A stretch of 46,703 nt of DNA from Escherichia phage 1H12. The notes below the pieces were generated by a model, which had not been told where the DNA came from, made no database searches, and worked only from the letters and a program-made list of their open reading frames with translations. A program made the translations under genes and the position numbers. The stretch lies in sequence record NC_049947.1, one strand, 5' to 3'. Of the stretch, positions 35,215 through 44,454 are shown piece by piece (position 1 is the first letter of the stretch; each line of letters opens with the position of its first letter).

Positions 35215-35343
35215 CCGAGCCCTCGCTGTTTCTTTCGATTTGCTGTGTTAAGCTAATATTTTAATATCCATGTTTCTGTTTGCTTGCAGTGTGTTTCTCA
35301 CCACCATCCAAACGTACTGGTTACTAGCTATGTGATGATGAAG

Positions 35344-36051
35344 TCATGAACTTTTCAGCCATTCCCTGGCCTCGATGTCATCTAGGTGGCGAGATTGCTT
35401 CAGAATACCAGCTACATACTCCACCTTTGCTACTTGATGATAAGGCAACGTTATTGGCCTGTGGTCTTGGTTGATGCTTGTAAATTGGTATTCTCCGTCT
35501 CTGTCATAGCCAAGAACCTTGATCATGTTGTGCCCTTCAATGGTTCTGACAAACACCTCATCACCTGGGAATACTTTGGTGTTAGGCTCAATGAGTACAT
35601 ATTCTCCTGATTTTATTCTGGGCCACATGCTGTCTCCTTTTACACGAAGACCAAAGGCATCTGGATCATCGCTATAAATCTTGAGCCACCCATCGCGCTC
35701 TTCGGTCATCTCGATGGCACCATCAACACCAAGAATTGCCTCACCAACCACGCGCACTAACCCTTTTTTTAATTTGCCAACAATTGAAAAAGTATCTTCA
35801 TCATTCGCTCCATTTAACGAAGTGCCGTGCTGAAGCCAAACAACATCAACGTTTAGAAATTTCGCAAGCGCATTCATTTTTTCCTGGCGTGGTAAAGACT
35901 CAGCATTAAACCATTTGCTAACGCCTTTGGACGAAAGAGAAAGGGCACGGGCTATGGCCATTCCCCTACCATGTTCATCAAGACCAGCTTCTTTACAGGC
36001 TTGCGCTAGCCGCTGGGCGAATTCTTTGCGCACTTTTTCATTCTGAACCAT
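35344..36051 (-). CDS. cI: CI prophage repressor (HTH plus S24 LexA-like autopeptidase)
   Basis: 235-aa ORF with an N-terminal HTH and C-terminal S24 Ser/Lys region (GDSMWPRI...K), divergent from cro. Confidence 0.85.
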   Translation of the reverse strand: MVQNEKVRKEFAQRLAQACKEAGLDEHGRGMAIARALSLSSKGVSKWFNAESLPRQEKMNALAKFLNVDVVWLQHGTSLNGANDEDTFSIVGKLKKGLVRVVGEAILGVDGAIEMTEERDGWLKIYSDDPDAFGLRVKGDSMWPRIKSGEYVLIEPNTKVFPGDEVFVRTIEGHNMIKVLGYDRDGEYQFTSINQDHRPITLPYHQVAKVEYVAGILKQSRHLDDIEAREWLKSS

Positions 36052-36129
36052 GAGTACGATACTAAAGCACTTGCAAAAACTTTCAGTTCAACCATAATGC
36101 GTACTGAAAGTACGAAAAAGGACATTCCT
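36052..36129. promoter_or_regulatory. OR: OR operator / pRM-pR divergent promoter region
   Basis: Intergenic between divergent cI and cro; perfect palindrome cgtactgaaagtacg (36100..36114) and related half-site actttcagt (36079..36087). Confidence 0.6.
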
Positions 36130-36357
36130 ATGCAAAATCTTGATGAGCCGATTAAAGGTGTCGGCATCCCTGAAGTTGCGAAGGCTTGTGGAGTTAGCGA
36201 AAGGGCTGTCTATAAGTGGCTCAAAAACGGCTTCCTCCCTAAGACTGAGTTTTTTGGGAAAACGAAATACGCATCAAAAATCGAAGAGATTTCTGGTGGC
36301 AAATATCAAGCAAGCGAAATGCTTGAAATAAGCAAAAAGAACCTTCTGGCAGCATAA
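36130..36357 (+). CDS. cro: Cro repressor
   Basis: ATG at 36130 after RBS aaaaagga; 75-aa HTH protein (GIPEVAKACGVSERAVYKWL), divergent from cI. Confidence 0.8.
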   Translation: MQNLDEPIKGVGIPEVAKACGVSERAVYKWLKNGFLPKTEFFGKTKYASKIEEISGGKYQASEMLEISKKNLLAA

Positions 36358-36363
36358 GTAACA

Positions 36364-36398
36364 CCGCTCTTTATCAATCTGCACCGCCGACAACGCGG
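36364..36398 (+). promoter_or_regulatory. nutR: nutR (boxA and boxB), P22-type
   Basis: boxA cgctcttta followed by boxB hairpin accgc-cgacaac-gcggt. Confidence 0.6.
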
Positions 36399-36463
36399 TA
36401 ACTAATTAAGAACTCATCGAAAGATGCGTATTAGTGATTATTTACCTATGGAAATAGTAAGAA

Positions 36464-36763
36464 ATGGAACAAACAAATTACAGCAAACTATCACAGCGCG
36501 ACGTTGATCGCGCAGAAACAGATTTACTTATCAACCTGTCAACGCTTACTCAGCGCGGTCTGGCAAAGATGATTGGCTGTCATGAATCGAAGATAAGCAG
36601 AACAGACTGGAGGTTTATAGCTTCGGTCTTGTGTGCTTTTGGCATGGCATCAGACATCAGTCCGATTAGCAGAGCTTTTAAGTATGCGCTTGATGAAATC
36701 ACCAATAAAAAACGCCCGGTGTGCAAGACCGAGCGTTCTGAACAAATCCAGATGGAGTTCTGA
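36464..36763 (+). CDS. cII: transcriptional activator CII
   Basis: 99-aa ORF; C-terminus TNKKRPVCKTERSEQIQMEF matches lambda CII. Confidence 0.85.
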   Translation: MEQTNYSKLSQRDVDRAETDLLINLSTLTQRGLAKMIGCHESKISRTDWRFIASVLCAFGMASDISPISRAFKYALDEITNKKRPVCKTERSEQIQMEF

Positions 36764-36785
36764 GGTCATTACTGGATCTATCAAC
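36707..36785 (-). ncRNA. oop: OOP antisense RNA (antisense to the 3' end of cII)
   Basis: Reverse strand reads gttgatagatccagtaatgacctcagaactccatctggatttgttcagaacgctcgg...caccgggcgttttttatt, matching lambda OOP including its terminator. Confidence 0.6.
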
Positions 36786-36795
36786 AGGAGTCATT

Positions 36796-37695
36796 ATGAC
36801 AAATACAGCAAAAATACTCAACTTCGGCAGAGGTAACTTTGCCGGACAGGAGCGTAATGTGGCAGATCTCGATGATGGTTACGCCAGACTATCAAATATG
36901 CTGCTTGAGGCTTATTCGGGCGCAGATCTGACCAAGCGACAGTTTAAAGTGCTGCTTGCCATTCTGCGTAAAACCTATGGGTGGAATAAACCAATGGACA
37001 GAATCACCGATTCTCAACTTAGCGAGATTACAAAGTTACCTGTCAAACGGTGCAATGAAGCCAAGTTAGAACTCGTCAGAATGAATATTATCAAGCAGCA
37101 AGGCGGCATGTTTGGACCAAACAAAAACATCTCAGAATGGTGCATCCCTCAAAACGAGGGAAAATCCCCTAAAACGAGGGATAAAACATCCCTCAAATTG
37201 GGGGATTGCTATCCCTCAAAACAGGGGGACACAAAAGACACTATTACAAAAGAAAAAAGAAAAGATTATTCGTCCGAGAATTCTGGCGAATCCTCTGACC
37301 AGCCAGAAAACGATCTTTCTGTGGTTAAACCGGATGCTGCAATTCAGAGCGGCAGTAAGTGGGGAACAGCAGAAGACCTGACCGCCGCAGAGTGGATGTT
37401 TGACATGGTGAAGACCATCGCGCCATCAGCCAGAAAACCGAATTTTGCTGGGTGGGCTAACGATATCCGCCTGATGCGTGAACGTGACGGACGTAACCAC
37501 CGCGATATGTGTGTGCTTTTCCGCTGGGCCTGCCAGGACAACTTCTGGTCCGGTAACGTGCTGAGTCCGGCCAAACTCCGCGACAAGTGGACCCAGCTCG
37601 AAATCAACCGTAACAAGCAACAGGCTGGCGTGACAGCCGGAAAACCAAAACTCGACCTGACAAACACTGACTGGATTTACGGGGTGGATCTATGA
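36796..37695 (+). CDS. O: replication initiator O
   Basis: 299-aa ORF MTNTAKILNFGRGNFAGQERNVADLDDGYARLSNMLLEAY matching lambda gpO. Confidence 0.95.
   Translation: MTNTAKILNFGRGNFAGQERNVADLDDGYARLSNMLLEAYSGADLTKRQFKVLLAILRKTYGWNKPMDRITDSQLSEITKLPVKRCNEAKLELVRMNIIKQQGGMFGPNKNISEWCIPQNEGKSPKTRDKTSLKLGDCYPSKQGDTKDTITKEKRKDYSSENSGESSDQPENDLSVVKPDAAIQSGSKWGTAEDLTAAEWMFDMVKTIAPSARKPNFAGWANDIRLMRERDGRNHRDMCVLFRWACQDNFWSGNVLSPAKLRDKWTQLEINRNKQQAGVTAGKPKLDLTNTDWIYGVDL
37144..37275 (+). repeat. ori: replication origin inside O: four iterons plus adjacent A/T-rich segment
   Basis: Four ~18-bp repeats of the type atccctcaaaacgaggga followed by A-rich sequence. Confidence 0.8.
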
Positions 37696-38393
37696 AAAAC
37701 ATCGCCGCACAGATGGTTAACTTTGACCGTGAGCAGATGCGTCGGATCGCCAACAACATGCCGGAACAGTACGACGAAAAGCCACAGGTACAGCAGGTAG
37801 CGCAGATCATCAACGGTGTGTTCAGCCAGTTACTGGCAACTTTCCCGGCGAGCCTGGCTAACCGTGACCAGAACGAACTGAACGAAATCCGCCGCCAGTG
37901 GGTTCTGGCTTTCCGGGAAAACGGGATCACCACAATGGAACAGGTTAACGCAGGAATGCGCGTAGCCCGTCGGCAGAATCGACCATTTCTGCCATCACCC
38001 GGGCAGTTTGTTGCATGGTGCCGGGAAGAAGCATCCGTTATCGCCGGACTGCCAAACGTCAGCGAGCTGGTTGATATGGTTTACGAGTATTGCCGGAAGC
38101 GAGGCCTGTATCCGGATGCGGAGTCTTATCCGTGGAAATCAAATGCGCACTACTGGCTGGTTACCAACCTGTATCAGAACATGCGGGCCAATGCGCTTAC
38201 TGATGCGGAATTACGCCGTAAGGCCGCAGATGAGCTTGTCCATATGACTGCGAGAATTAACCGTGGTGAGGCGATCCCTGAACCAGTAAAACAACTTCCT
38301 GTCATGGGCGGTAGACCTCTAAATCGTGCACAGGCTCTGGCGAAGATCGCAGAAATCAAAGCTAAGTTCGGACTGAAAGGAGCAAGTGTATGA
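37692..38393 (+). CDS. P: replication protein P (DnaB helicase loader)
   Basis: 233-aa ORF matching lambda gpP. Confidence 0.95.
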   Translation: MKNIAAQMVNFDREQMRRIANNMPEQYDEKPQVQQVAQIINGVFSQLLATFPASLANRDQNELNEIRRQWVLAFRENGITTMEQVNAGMRVARRQNRPFLPSPGQFVAWCREEASVIAGLPNVSELVDMVYEYCRKRGLYPDAESYPWKSNAHYWLVTNLYQNMRANALTDAELRRKAADELVHMTARINRGEAIPEPVKQLPVMGGRPLNRAQALAKIAEIKAKFGLKGASV

Positions 38394-38680
38394 CGGGCAA
38401 AGAGGCAATTATTCATTACCTGGGGACGCATAATAGCTTCTGTGCGCCGGACGTTGCCGCGCTAACAGGCGCAACAGTAACCAGCATAAATCAGGCCGCG
38501 GCTAAAATGGCACGGGCAGGTCTTCTGGTTATCGAAGGTAAGGTCTGGCGAACGGTGTATTACCGGTTTGCTACCAGGGAAGAACGGGAAGGAAAGATGA
38601 GCACGAACCTGATTTTTAAGGAGTGTCGCCAGAGTGCCGCGATGAAACGGGTATTGGCGGTATATGGAGTTAAAAGATGA
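38390..38680 (+). CDS. ren: Ren protein
   Basis: 96-aa ORF matching lambda Ren. Confidence 0.85.
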   Translation: MTGKEAIIHYLGTHNSFCAPDVAALTGATVTSINQAAAKMARAGLLVIEGKVWRTVYYRFATREEREGKMSTNLIFKECRQSAAMKRVLAVYGVKR

Positions 38681-38753
38681 CCATCTACATTACTGAGCTA
38701 ATAACAGGCCTGCTGGTAATCGCAGGCCTTTTTATTTGGGGGAGAGGGAAGTC

Positions 38754-39194
38754 ATGAAAAAACTAACCTTTGAAATTCGATCTCCAGCACATCAGCAAAA
38801 CGCTATTCACGCAGTACAGCAAATCCTTCCAGACCCAACCAAACCAATCGTAGTAACCATTCAGGAACGCAACCGCAGCTTAGACCAAAACAGGAAGCTA
38901 TGGGCCTGCTTAGGTGACGTCTCTCGTCAGGTTGAATGGCATGGTCGCTGGCTGGATGCAGAAAGCTGGAAGTGTGTGTTTACCGCAGCATTAAAGCAGC
39001 AGGATGTTGTTCCTAACCTTGCCGGGAATGGCTTTGTGGTAATAGGCCAGTCAACCAGCAGGATGCGTGTAGGCGAATTTGCGGAGCTATTAGAGCTTAT
39101 ACAGGCATTCGGTACAGAGCGTGGCGTTAAGTGGTCAGACGAAGCGAGACTGGCTCTGGAGTGGAAAGCGAGATGGGGAGATCGGGCTGCATGA
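38754..39194 (+). CDS. ninB: recombination protein NinB
   Basis: ATG at 38754 after RBS gagggaag; MKKLTFEIRSPAHQQNAIHAVQQILPDP matches lambda NinB. Confidence 0.85.
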   Translation: MKKLTFEIRSPAHQQNAIHAVQQILPDPTKPIVVTIQERNRSLDQNRKLWACLGDVSRQVEWHGRWLDAESWKCVFTAALKQQDVVPNLAGNGFVVIGQSTSRMRVGEFAELLELIQAFGTERGVKWSDEARLALEWKARWGDRAA

Positions 39195-39718
39195 CTATCA
39201 AATCAAATACGCCAGCACACGACAAGGACTGCTGGCAAACGCCGCTTTGGCTTTTTGATGCACTGGATATTGAGTTTGGATTCTGGCTGGATTCGGCAGC
39301 GAGCGACAAAAATGCTCTGTGTGCTCACTGGCTAACTGAGGCCGACGACGCGCTCAATTCTGAGTGGGTAAGCCACGGTGCAATCTGGAATAACCCACCG
39401 TACAGCAATATCAGGCCGTGGGTGGAAAAAGCCGCTGAGCAGTGCATACAACAGCGACAGACGGTAGTTATGCTTGTGCCAGAGGATATGTCAGTCGGAT
39501 GGTTCAGCAAGGCTCTGGAGAGTGTCGACGAAGTTCGCATTATCACTGATGGACGGATTAATTTTATCGAACCATCGACAGGGCTGGAGAAGAAGGGAAA
39601 CAGCAAAGGCTCCATGCTGCTGATTTGGCGACCGTTCATCAGTCCTCGACGGATGTTTACTACCGTATCCAAAGCGGCATTGATGGCGATCGGGCAGGGC
39701 GTCAGGAGGGCGGCATGA
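39191..39718 (+). CDS. phage Dam-like DNA N6-adenine methyltransferase
   Basis: 175-aa ORF with the NPPY catalytic motif; start overlaps the ninB stop. Confidence 0.7.
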   Translation: MTIKSNTPAHDKDCWQTPLWLFDALDIEFGFWLDSAASDKNALCAHWLTEADDALNSEWVSHGAIWNNPPYSNIRPWVEKAAEQCIQQRQTVVMLVPEDMSVGWFSKALESVDEVRIITDGRINFIEPSTGLEKKGNSKGSMLLIWRPFISPRRMFTTVSKAALMAIGQGVRRAA

Positions 39719-39891
39719 GGCGACAGCGACGAAGTTTCACCGACATCATCTGCGAAAACTGCAAATACCTTCCAACGAAACGCTCCAGAAATAAACGCAA
39801 GCCAATCCCAAAAGAATCTGACGTAAAAACCTTCAATTACACAGCTCACCTGTGGGATATCCGGTGGCTAAGATATCGTGCGAGGAAATGA
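39715..39891 (+). CDS. ninE: NinE protein
   Basis: 58-aa product [30 protein letters not shown]; lambda NinE-like. Confidence 0.7.
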   Translation: MRRQRRSFTDIICENCKYLPTKRSRNKRKPIPKESDVKTFNYTAHLWDIRWLRYRARK

Positions 39892-40235
39892 CAATGGATT
39901 ATTCACAGTTAAGTGATTTTGAAATTAACAGAATGGTAGGAGACATAATTTTTAAAGGCCTTTGGGCAAGTAAACCGGAAACATCAGGGAATAACACCAA
40001 CAAATGGTATTACGGAAATGCTGATACAACTTTTGAGCCATTAAATCATTTGCCTGACTACTGCAATGATCCGAGCGCTTCATGGCCGATTATTGAGAAA
40101 TACAGGATTTCTATCTTAGACCAGTTAACTGAATGGTGTGTGGATGCAAAAGGCGTAAGCCCAATATTTGATACCAGACCTCTCCGCGCCGCCATTATTG
40201 TCTTTCTCCTGATGCAGGAGGCCAATAATGCTTAG
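39888..40235 (+). CDS. hypothetical nin-region protein
   Basis: ATG at 39888 after RBS gaggaa, overlapping the ninE stop. Confidence 0.55.
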   Translation: MTMDYSQLSDFEINRMVGDIIFKGLWASKPETSGNNTNKWYYGNADTTFEPLNHLPDYCNDPSASWPIIEKYRISILDQLTEWCVDAKGVSPIFDTRPLRAAIIVFLLMQEANNA

Positions 40236-40422
40236 CCCATCTCAATCCCTTCAATACCTGAAAGGAAGCATAGAGCGGGCTTCAATGTGCACAGAGTGGA
40301 TTCTATCTAGGTTTAGCGCATACAGAAGATTGCCGGTAAAGGGCATGCCAAGCAAGTCGATGCTGCATATGCAAAAGAATGCGCGCGGGAAGGTATGGCG
40401 AGAACGCAGGTTATCTGGCTGA
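40228..40422 (+). CDS. ninF: NinF-like protein (diverged C-terminus)
   Basis: 64-aa ORF starting [10 protein letters not shown] like lambda NinF. Confidence 0.5.
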   Translation: MLSPSQSLQYLKGSIERASMCTEWILSRFSAYRRLPVKGMPSKSMLHMQKNARGKVWRERRLSG

Positions 40423-40441
40423 AAGAGGGGGTAATTAAGGC

Positions 40442-40804
40442 GTGAATACTTACCACATCACACTACCCTGGCCTCCGAGCAATAATCGCTATTATCGCCA
40501 TAATCGCGGGCGCACGCACGTCAGCGCAGAGGGGCAGGCATACCGCGATAACGTCGCCCGAATCATTAAAAACGCAATGCTGGATATCGGCCTGGCGATG
40601 CCTGTGAAAATCCGCATTGAGTGCCACATGCCGGATCGCCGTCGCCGTGACCTGGATAATCTGCAAAAAGCCGCTTTTGACGCACTCACCAAAGCAGGTT
40701 TCTGGCTGGATGATGCTCAGGTCGTTGATTACCGCGTTGTGAAGATGCCTGTTACCAAAGGTGGGAGGCTGGAATTGACCATCACCGAAATGGGGAATGA
40801 ATGA
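40442..40804 (+). CDS. rusA: Holliday junction resolvase RusA
   Basis: 120-aa [31 protein letters not shown] matching DLP12 RusA. Confidence 0.9.
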   Translation: MNTYHITLPWPPSNNRYYRHNRGRTHVSAEGQAYRDNVARIIKNAMLDIGLAMPVKIRIECHMPDRRRRDLDNLQKAAFDALTKAGFWLDDAQVVDYRVVKMPVTKGGRLELTITEMGNE

Positions 40805-40941
40805 TGTTTGAGTTTTATATGGCAGAACGTCTTCGCCACCGCTGGGTGCGTCTGCGCTTATATCGTTTCCCCGGTTCTGTTTTGACCGATTACCGAATAC
40901 TGAAGAATTACGCCAAAACACTGACAGGAGCAGGAGTATGA
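40801..40941 (+). CDS. ylcG: small protein YlcG-like
   Basis: 46-aa [28 protein letters not shown] directly after rusA, as in DLP12; below the ORF-track size cutoff. Confidence 0.55.
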   Translation: MMFEFYMAERLRHRWVRLRLYRFPGSVLTDYRILKNYAKTLTGAGV

Positions 40942-41026
40942 AGTCAGAGATAACAATCAACTAATACTGTTTTGCTGATTTTTGCTTGTAATTGGCGTTC
41001 TGGTCTGATTTTTGTGGAGTAAGTTG

Positions 41027-41404
41027 ATGCGTGATATTCAGATGGTTCTTGAGCGTTGGGGAGCGTGGGCGGCTAATAATCATGAAGATGTGACCTGGTC
41101 GTCCATTGCCGCCGGTTTTAAGGGATTAATTCCTTCAAAAGTAAAATCTCGCCCGCAATGTTGTGACGATGACGCGATGATCATTTGCGGGTGCATGGCC
41201 CGTCTGAAAAATAACAACAGCGATTTGCATGATTTGTTAGTGGACTATTATGTCGGCGGCATGACTTTTATGGCGCTTGCGCGTAAGCATGGTAGATCTG
41301 ATTGTTGGATTGGCAGGATGCTCCAAAAAGCTGAGGGCGTAGTGGAGGGCATGCTGATGGTGTTGGATCTCAGATTGGAGATGGATGCTGATTGTTTGAG
41401 ATAA
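41027..41404 (+). CDS. Q: late-gene antiterminator Q (DLP12 QuuD / phage 82 type)
   Basis: ATG at 41027 after RBS ggagtaag; [33 protein letters not shown]. Confidence 0.8.
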   Translation: MRDIQMVLERWGAWAANNHEDVTWSSIAAGFKGLIPSKVKSRPQCCDDDAMIICGCMARLKNNNSDLHDLLVDYYVGGMTFMALARKHGRSDCWIGRMLQKAEGVVEGMLMVLDLRLEMDADCLR

Positions 41405-41495
41405 TTAAAGGAAAAGTTGCTGTCTGGTTATCATTAGACTAATGTTTCAAATGTTAGAATCGCAACGTAGTTATGATCATATAACAGCTTGTTCC

Positions 41496-41526
41496 CTGAT
41501 TTAGCCAGCCTCCCCAAAGGCTGGTT
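41496..41526 (+). terminator. putative tR'-like rho-independent terminator after the pR'/qut region
   Basis: Hairpin ccagcc-tccccaaa-ggctgg followed by tttttttt. Confidence 0.6.
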
Positions 41527-41560
41527 TTTTTTCTAATAAGTATCAATCCGGTTAGGTATT

Positions 41561-42085
41561 TTATTGTTTGACCCATAATAGTTCATTGACATTGAATCCC
41601 AATTTTTGAGCAGTACGCACATAGTCTGCTTTTACATTATCTGGAATAGTTGGAGTCCGTGCCAGAATCCATAGGTATTCTCTGTTCGGACCACTGACAA
41701 GAGCATATTTATACTCATCATCCAGTTTGATTACATTATAGCCACCATAGAAGGGGCCAAAAAACGAAACCTTCAACGCTGCAGTTGTATTATCTCCTGT
41801 AAAGTATGCTTTACCTTCGCTCTCGCTCCATTTGTTTTTCGTTGGGTCATATCCACGATTAAGTACACTAATCCCTCCGTCGTTCCGTTTCCCATAAGTG
41901 GCGCTGACCTGTTCCAGACCACGTTCAAATCGGTTCTCAAGCCGAGCTATTTCATACCATTTTCCGAGGTAGCGGTTGGTGTCAAAATTTGTAATCGGCT
42001 GCACACCTTTAGGTGGTGTCGGGGCCTTACATGCTATCAGAGTGAAAGAGAGTGCAATGCCAGTCAACACAGGCCATAACTTCAT
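41561..42085 (-). CDS. blc: outer-membrane lipoprotein, bacterial lipocalin Blc family
   Basis: 174-aa ORF with lipoprotein signal and lipobox LIAC; YLGKWYEIARLENRFERG and SFFGPFYGGYNVI match lipocalin motifs. Confidence 0.75.
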   Translation of the reverse strand: MKLWPVLTGIALSFTLIACKAPTPPKGVQPITNFDTNRYLGKWYEIARLENRFERGLEQVSATYGKRNDGGISVLNRGYDPTKNKWSESEGKAYFTGDNTTAALKVSFFGPFYGGYNVIKLDDEYKYALVSGPNREYLWILARTPTIPDNVKADYVRTAQKLGFNVNELLWVKQ

Positions 42086-42277
42086 AATATATCCTGTACT
42101 TTTGATAGTTGAGAGTAAGTATTAAAGATAGATGATTACTACCGATCACTTAAAGAACTTTCCTACTATATTAGGAATAGTCCATAACAAAAAAATTGTC
42201 AGTGATGACGGCAGAAAGGCAGTTTAGGTCGTGTACTACACTGTTAACCTGTTAATGAATTAGTCAAGGGGTAGGCA

Positions 42278-43237
42278 ATGATAAAAAAACCTGTCGTTGG
42301 GATCAGTGGTTGTTTGGCCGGTTCTTCTGTCCGTTTTGATGGTGGTCACAAAAGAGCTAGCTTTTTAATGGACAAATTACTGGAATGGGTAACATTCAAA
42401 CCAGTATGTCCGGAAATGGCTATAGGGCTTCCAGTTCCGCGTCCTGCTCTACGTCTTGTTCGCTCGGCGCAAGGAAATATACGGATGTGTTTCAGCCACG
42501 ACCAGAATGAGGATGTTACAGAGAAAATGACAGAGTTTAGTCGTTCTTATCTTGACAAATTAAAGGATGTATCGGGATTTGTGGTTTGTGCAAAATCTCC
42601 TAGCTGTGGTATGGAACGCGTGCGTGTATATGATGAAAATGGTAATCGTGGTCGTAAAGATGGAGTGGGACTATTTACGAGCACGTTGATGGAAAGGTTT
42701 TCCTGGCTACCGGTTGAAGAGGATGGGCGACTACATGATCCAGTGCTTCGTGAAAACTTTGTTGAAAGAGTATTTGCTTTACATGAGCTCAATCATCTTT
42801 ATAAAGCGAAATTATCAAGAAGGGAATTATTAGCTTTTCATAGCCGTTATAAGCTTCAGTTGTTGGCGCATAGCCAGGCCGGTTATAAAGAGATGGGGCC
42901 ATTTGTGGCTGCAATACATGAGTGGGCAGACCTTGAATCATACTTTGAGGTGTATCGTGAGAAGCTGATGGCGATTCTCAGAAAACCTGCATCACGTAAA
43001 AATCACACGAATGTGCTGATGCATATACAGGGATATTTTAGTAACTGCTTAAATACACGTCAGCGTAAAGAGTTGAGCGATGTTATACTTAACTATCGAG
43101 CTGGCACGCTACCTCTTCTTGCGCCATTAACTTTGCTGAAGCATTACTTGGCAGAGTATCCTGATGATTATTTGCTTATACAGAATTACTTCCACCCCTA
43201 TCCTGATGAACTGGCTCTAAGACTCTTGGTGAACTAG
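42278..43237 (+). CDS. DUF523 (TudS-like) / DUF1722 (YbgA-like) two-domain protein
   Basis: 319-aa ORF; N-terminal GISGCLAG...VCPE Cys pattern typical of DUF523, C-terminal half YbgA-like. Confidence 0.6.
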   Translation: MIKKPVVGISGCLAGSSVRFDGGHKRASFLMDKLLEWVTFKPVCPEMAIGLPVPRPALRLVRSAQGNIRMCFSHDQNEDVTEKMTEFSRSYLDKLKDVSGFVVCAKSPSCGMERVRVYDENGNRGRKDGVGLFTSTLMERFSWLPVEEDGRLHDPVLRENFVERVFALHELNHLYKAKLSRRELLAFHSRYKLQLLAHSQAGYKEMGPFVAAIHEWADLESYFEVYREKLMAILRKPASRKNHTNVLMHIQGYFSNCLNTRQRKELSDVILNYRAGTLPLLAPLTLLKHYLAEYPDDYLLIQNYFHPYPDELALRLLVN

Positions 43238-43546
43238 GCGTTTGGAATGCACCAACAAGATGATTTTCTCCTTAGAGAATGTTTACAATCGTAAAAACTT
43301 CACTATGATATCTATAGTTGTACAGTTTGTAAAAAAATTCGGTTCATGCTTAAGGTAATGTTAATATGTTAATTAATGATTAATAATCAAGCAAGCCAAA
43401 AATAGTTCTGTTTAATCTAGTATTACATAAATATTTTAAAGAAAATATCAAAGTTCATGATGATATAATGAGGTTTTTCTCATTGAAAATATGGCAATTT
43501 TAATATTTCCACCTATACTTACTTAACTCAAATCTAATTATGTCAG

Positions 43547-44287
43547 GTGGATGGTATGCCATGCATATGTTCTATCATTTTGGTTTTGAACTCGTTTGAT
43601 ATCCGGCTTGGTAAAGAAAAAATCTCTCTAAAAAAAGGAAGTGTTGTTGCTATAGAATACAATTTAAAAGTTTTCTTTTCTTCAAATAAAGATAATATAA
43701 TGATCGTGGATATTGAAGAGAAAACAGTTAATGACTTCTTTAAAAACAATACACTCTCACCTTTTTCTGTAAGAAGATTTTATTCAGCATACTTGATAGT
43801 AAACTGTACAGACTATTCATTGTTAAAGAACTTGATAGGTTGCTTGAATTGTGATGGTGAAACTACGGCTGTAGTTAAAAATTCAATATTATTTGCATGT
43901 CTTGCTATTTTATCCTCGGAAAAAATGTTTCAGAGTTTTTTGTTTGGGTGTCTTAATAGTTTAGGAAGCAAAGTTAAGGCTATTATTCACTCGGACATAT
44001 CTGCAGCATGGAGACTTTGTGATATTTCTTCAAGACTATGTCTGAGTGAAAGTTTGTTAAAAAGAAAACTAAAACACGAAGGCTTATCATTTAGCAAATT
44101 AATTCTTGAAGAACGAATGGTGATGGCTGAAAGGTTATTAAGCTACAATTTCTATCCTGTTGGGAAAGTTGCTAAAATATGTGGTTATGAAAGCGCGTCA
44201 TATTTTATAAGTGTTTTCAGAAGATATTTTGGTGTTCCCCCCCATGAATATTCATCAAGATTTTTTTTAGAAAAAGGCAAGATGTAA
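43547..44287 (+). CDS. AraC-family transcriptional regulator (AppY-like)
   Basis: 246-aa ORF in a very AT-rich island with a C-terminal AraC-type HTH (KVAKICGYESASYFISVFRRYFGVPPHEY). Confidence 0.75.
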   Translation: MDGMPCICSIILVLNSFDIRLGKEKISLKKGSVVAIEYNLKVFFSSNKDNIMIVDIEEKTVNDFFKNNTLSPFSVRRFYSAYLIVNCTDYSLLKNLIGCLNCDGETTAVVKNSILFACLAILSSEKMFQSFLFGCLNSLGSKVKAIIHSDISAAWRLCDISSRLCLSESLLKRKLKHEGLSFSKLILEERMVMAERLLSYNFYPVGKVAKICGYESASYFISVFRRYFGVPPHEYSSRFFLEKGKM

Positions 44288-44349
44288 CGTGATGCGTTTT
44301 GATGATTTTGTAATTTTCATATTTGATGATTATATGATGCTTTCAGCTA

Positions 44350-44378
44350 CGCCAGAATAATCGCTGGCGTTTTTCTTT
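44350..44378 (+). terminator. putative rho-independent terminator after the AraC-family gene
   Basis: Hairpin cgccag-aataat-cgctggcg followed by ttttt. Confidence 0.5.
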
Positions 44379-44454
44379 TCTAATGTAACTTCTGTATCTT
44401 TCCCTCTTTCATTCCAAACCGTGTACACCATCCGTTATTCGCGGAGGTGAGGCT

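Noticed and set aside
37112-37381. 89-aa ORF inside O overlapping the ori iterons
   Set aside because: Alternative frame of the O gene across the iteron repeats; O itself is strongly supported.
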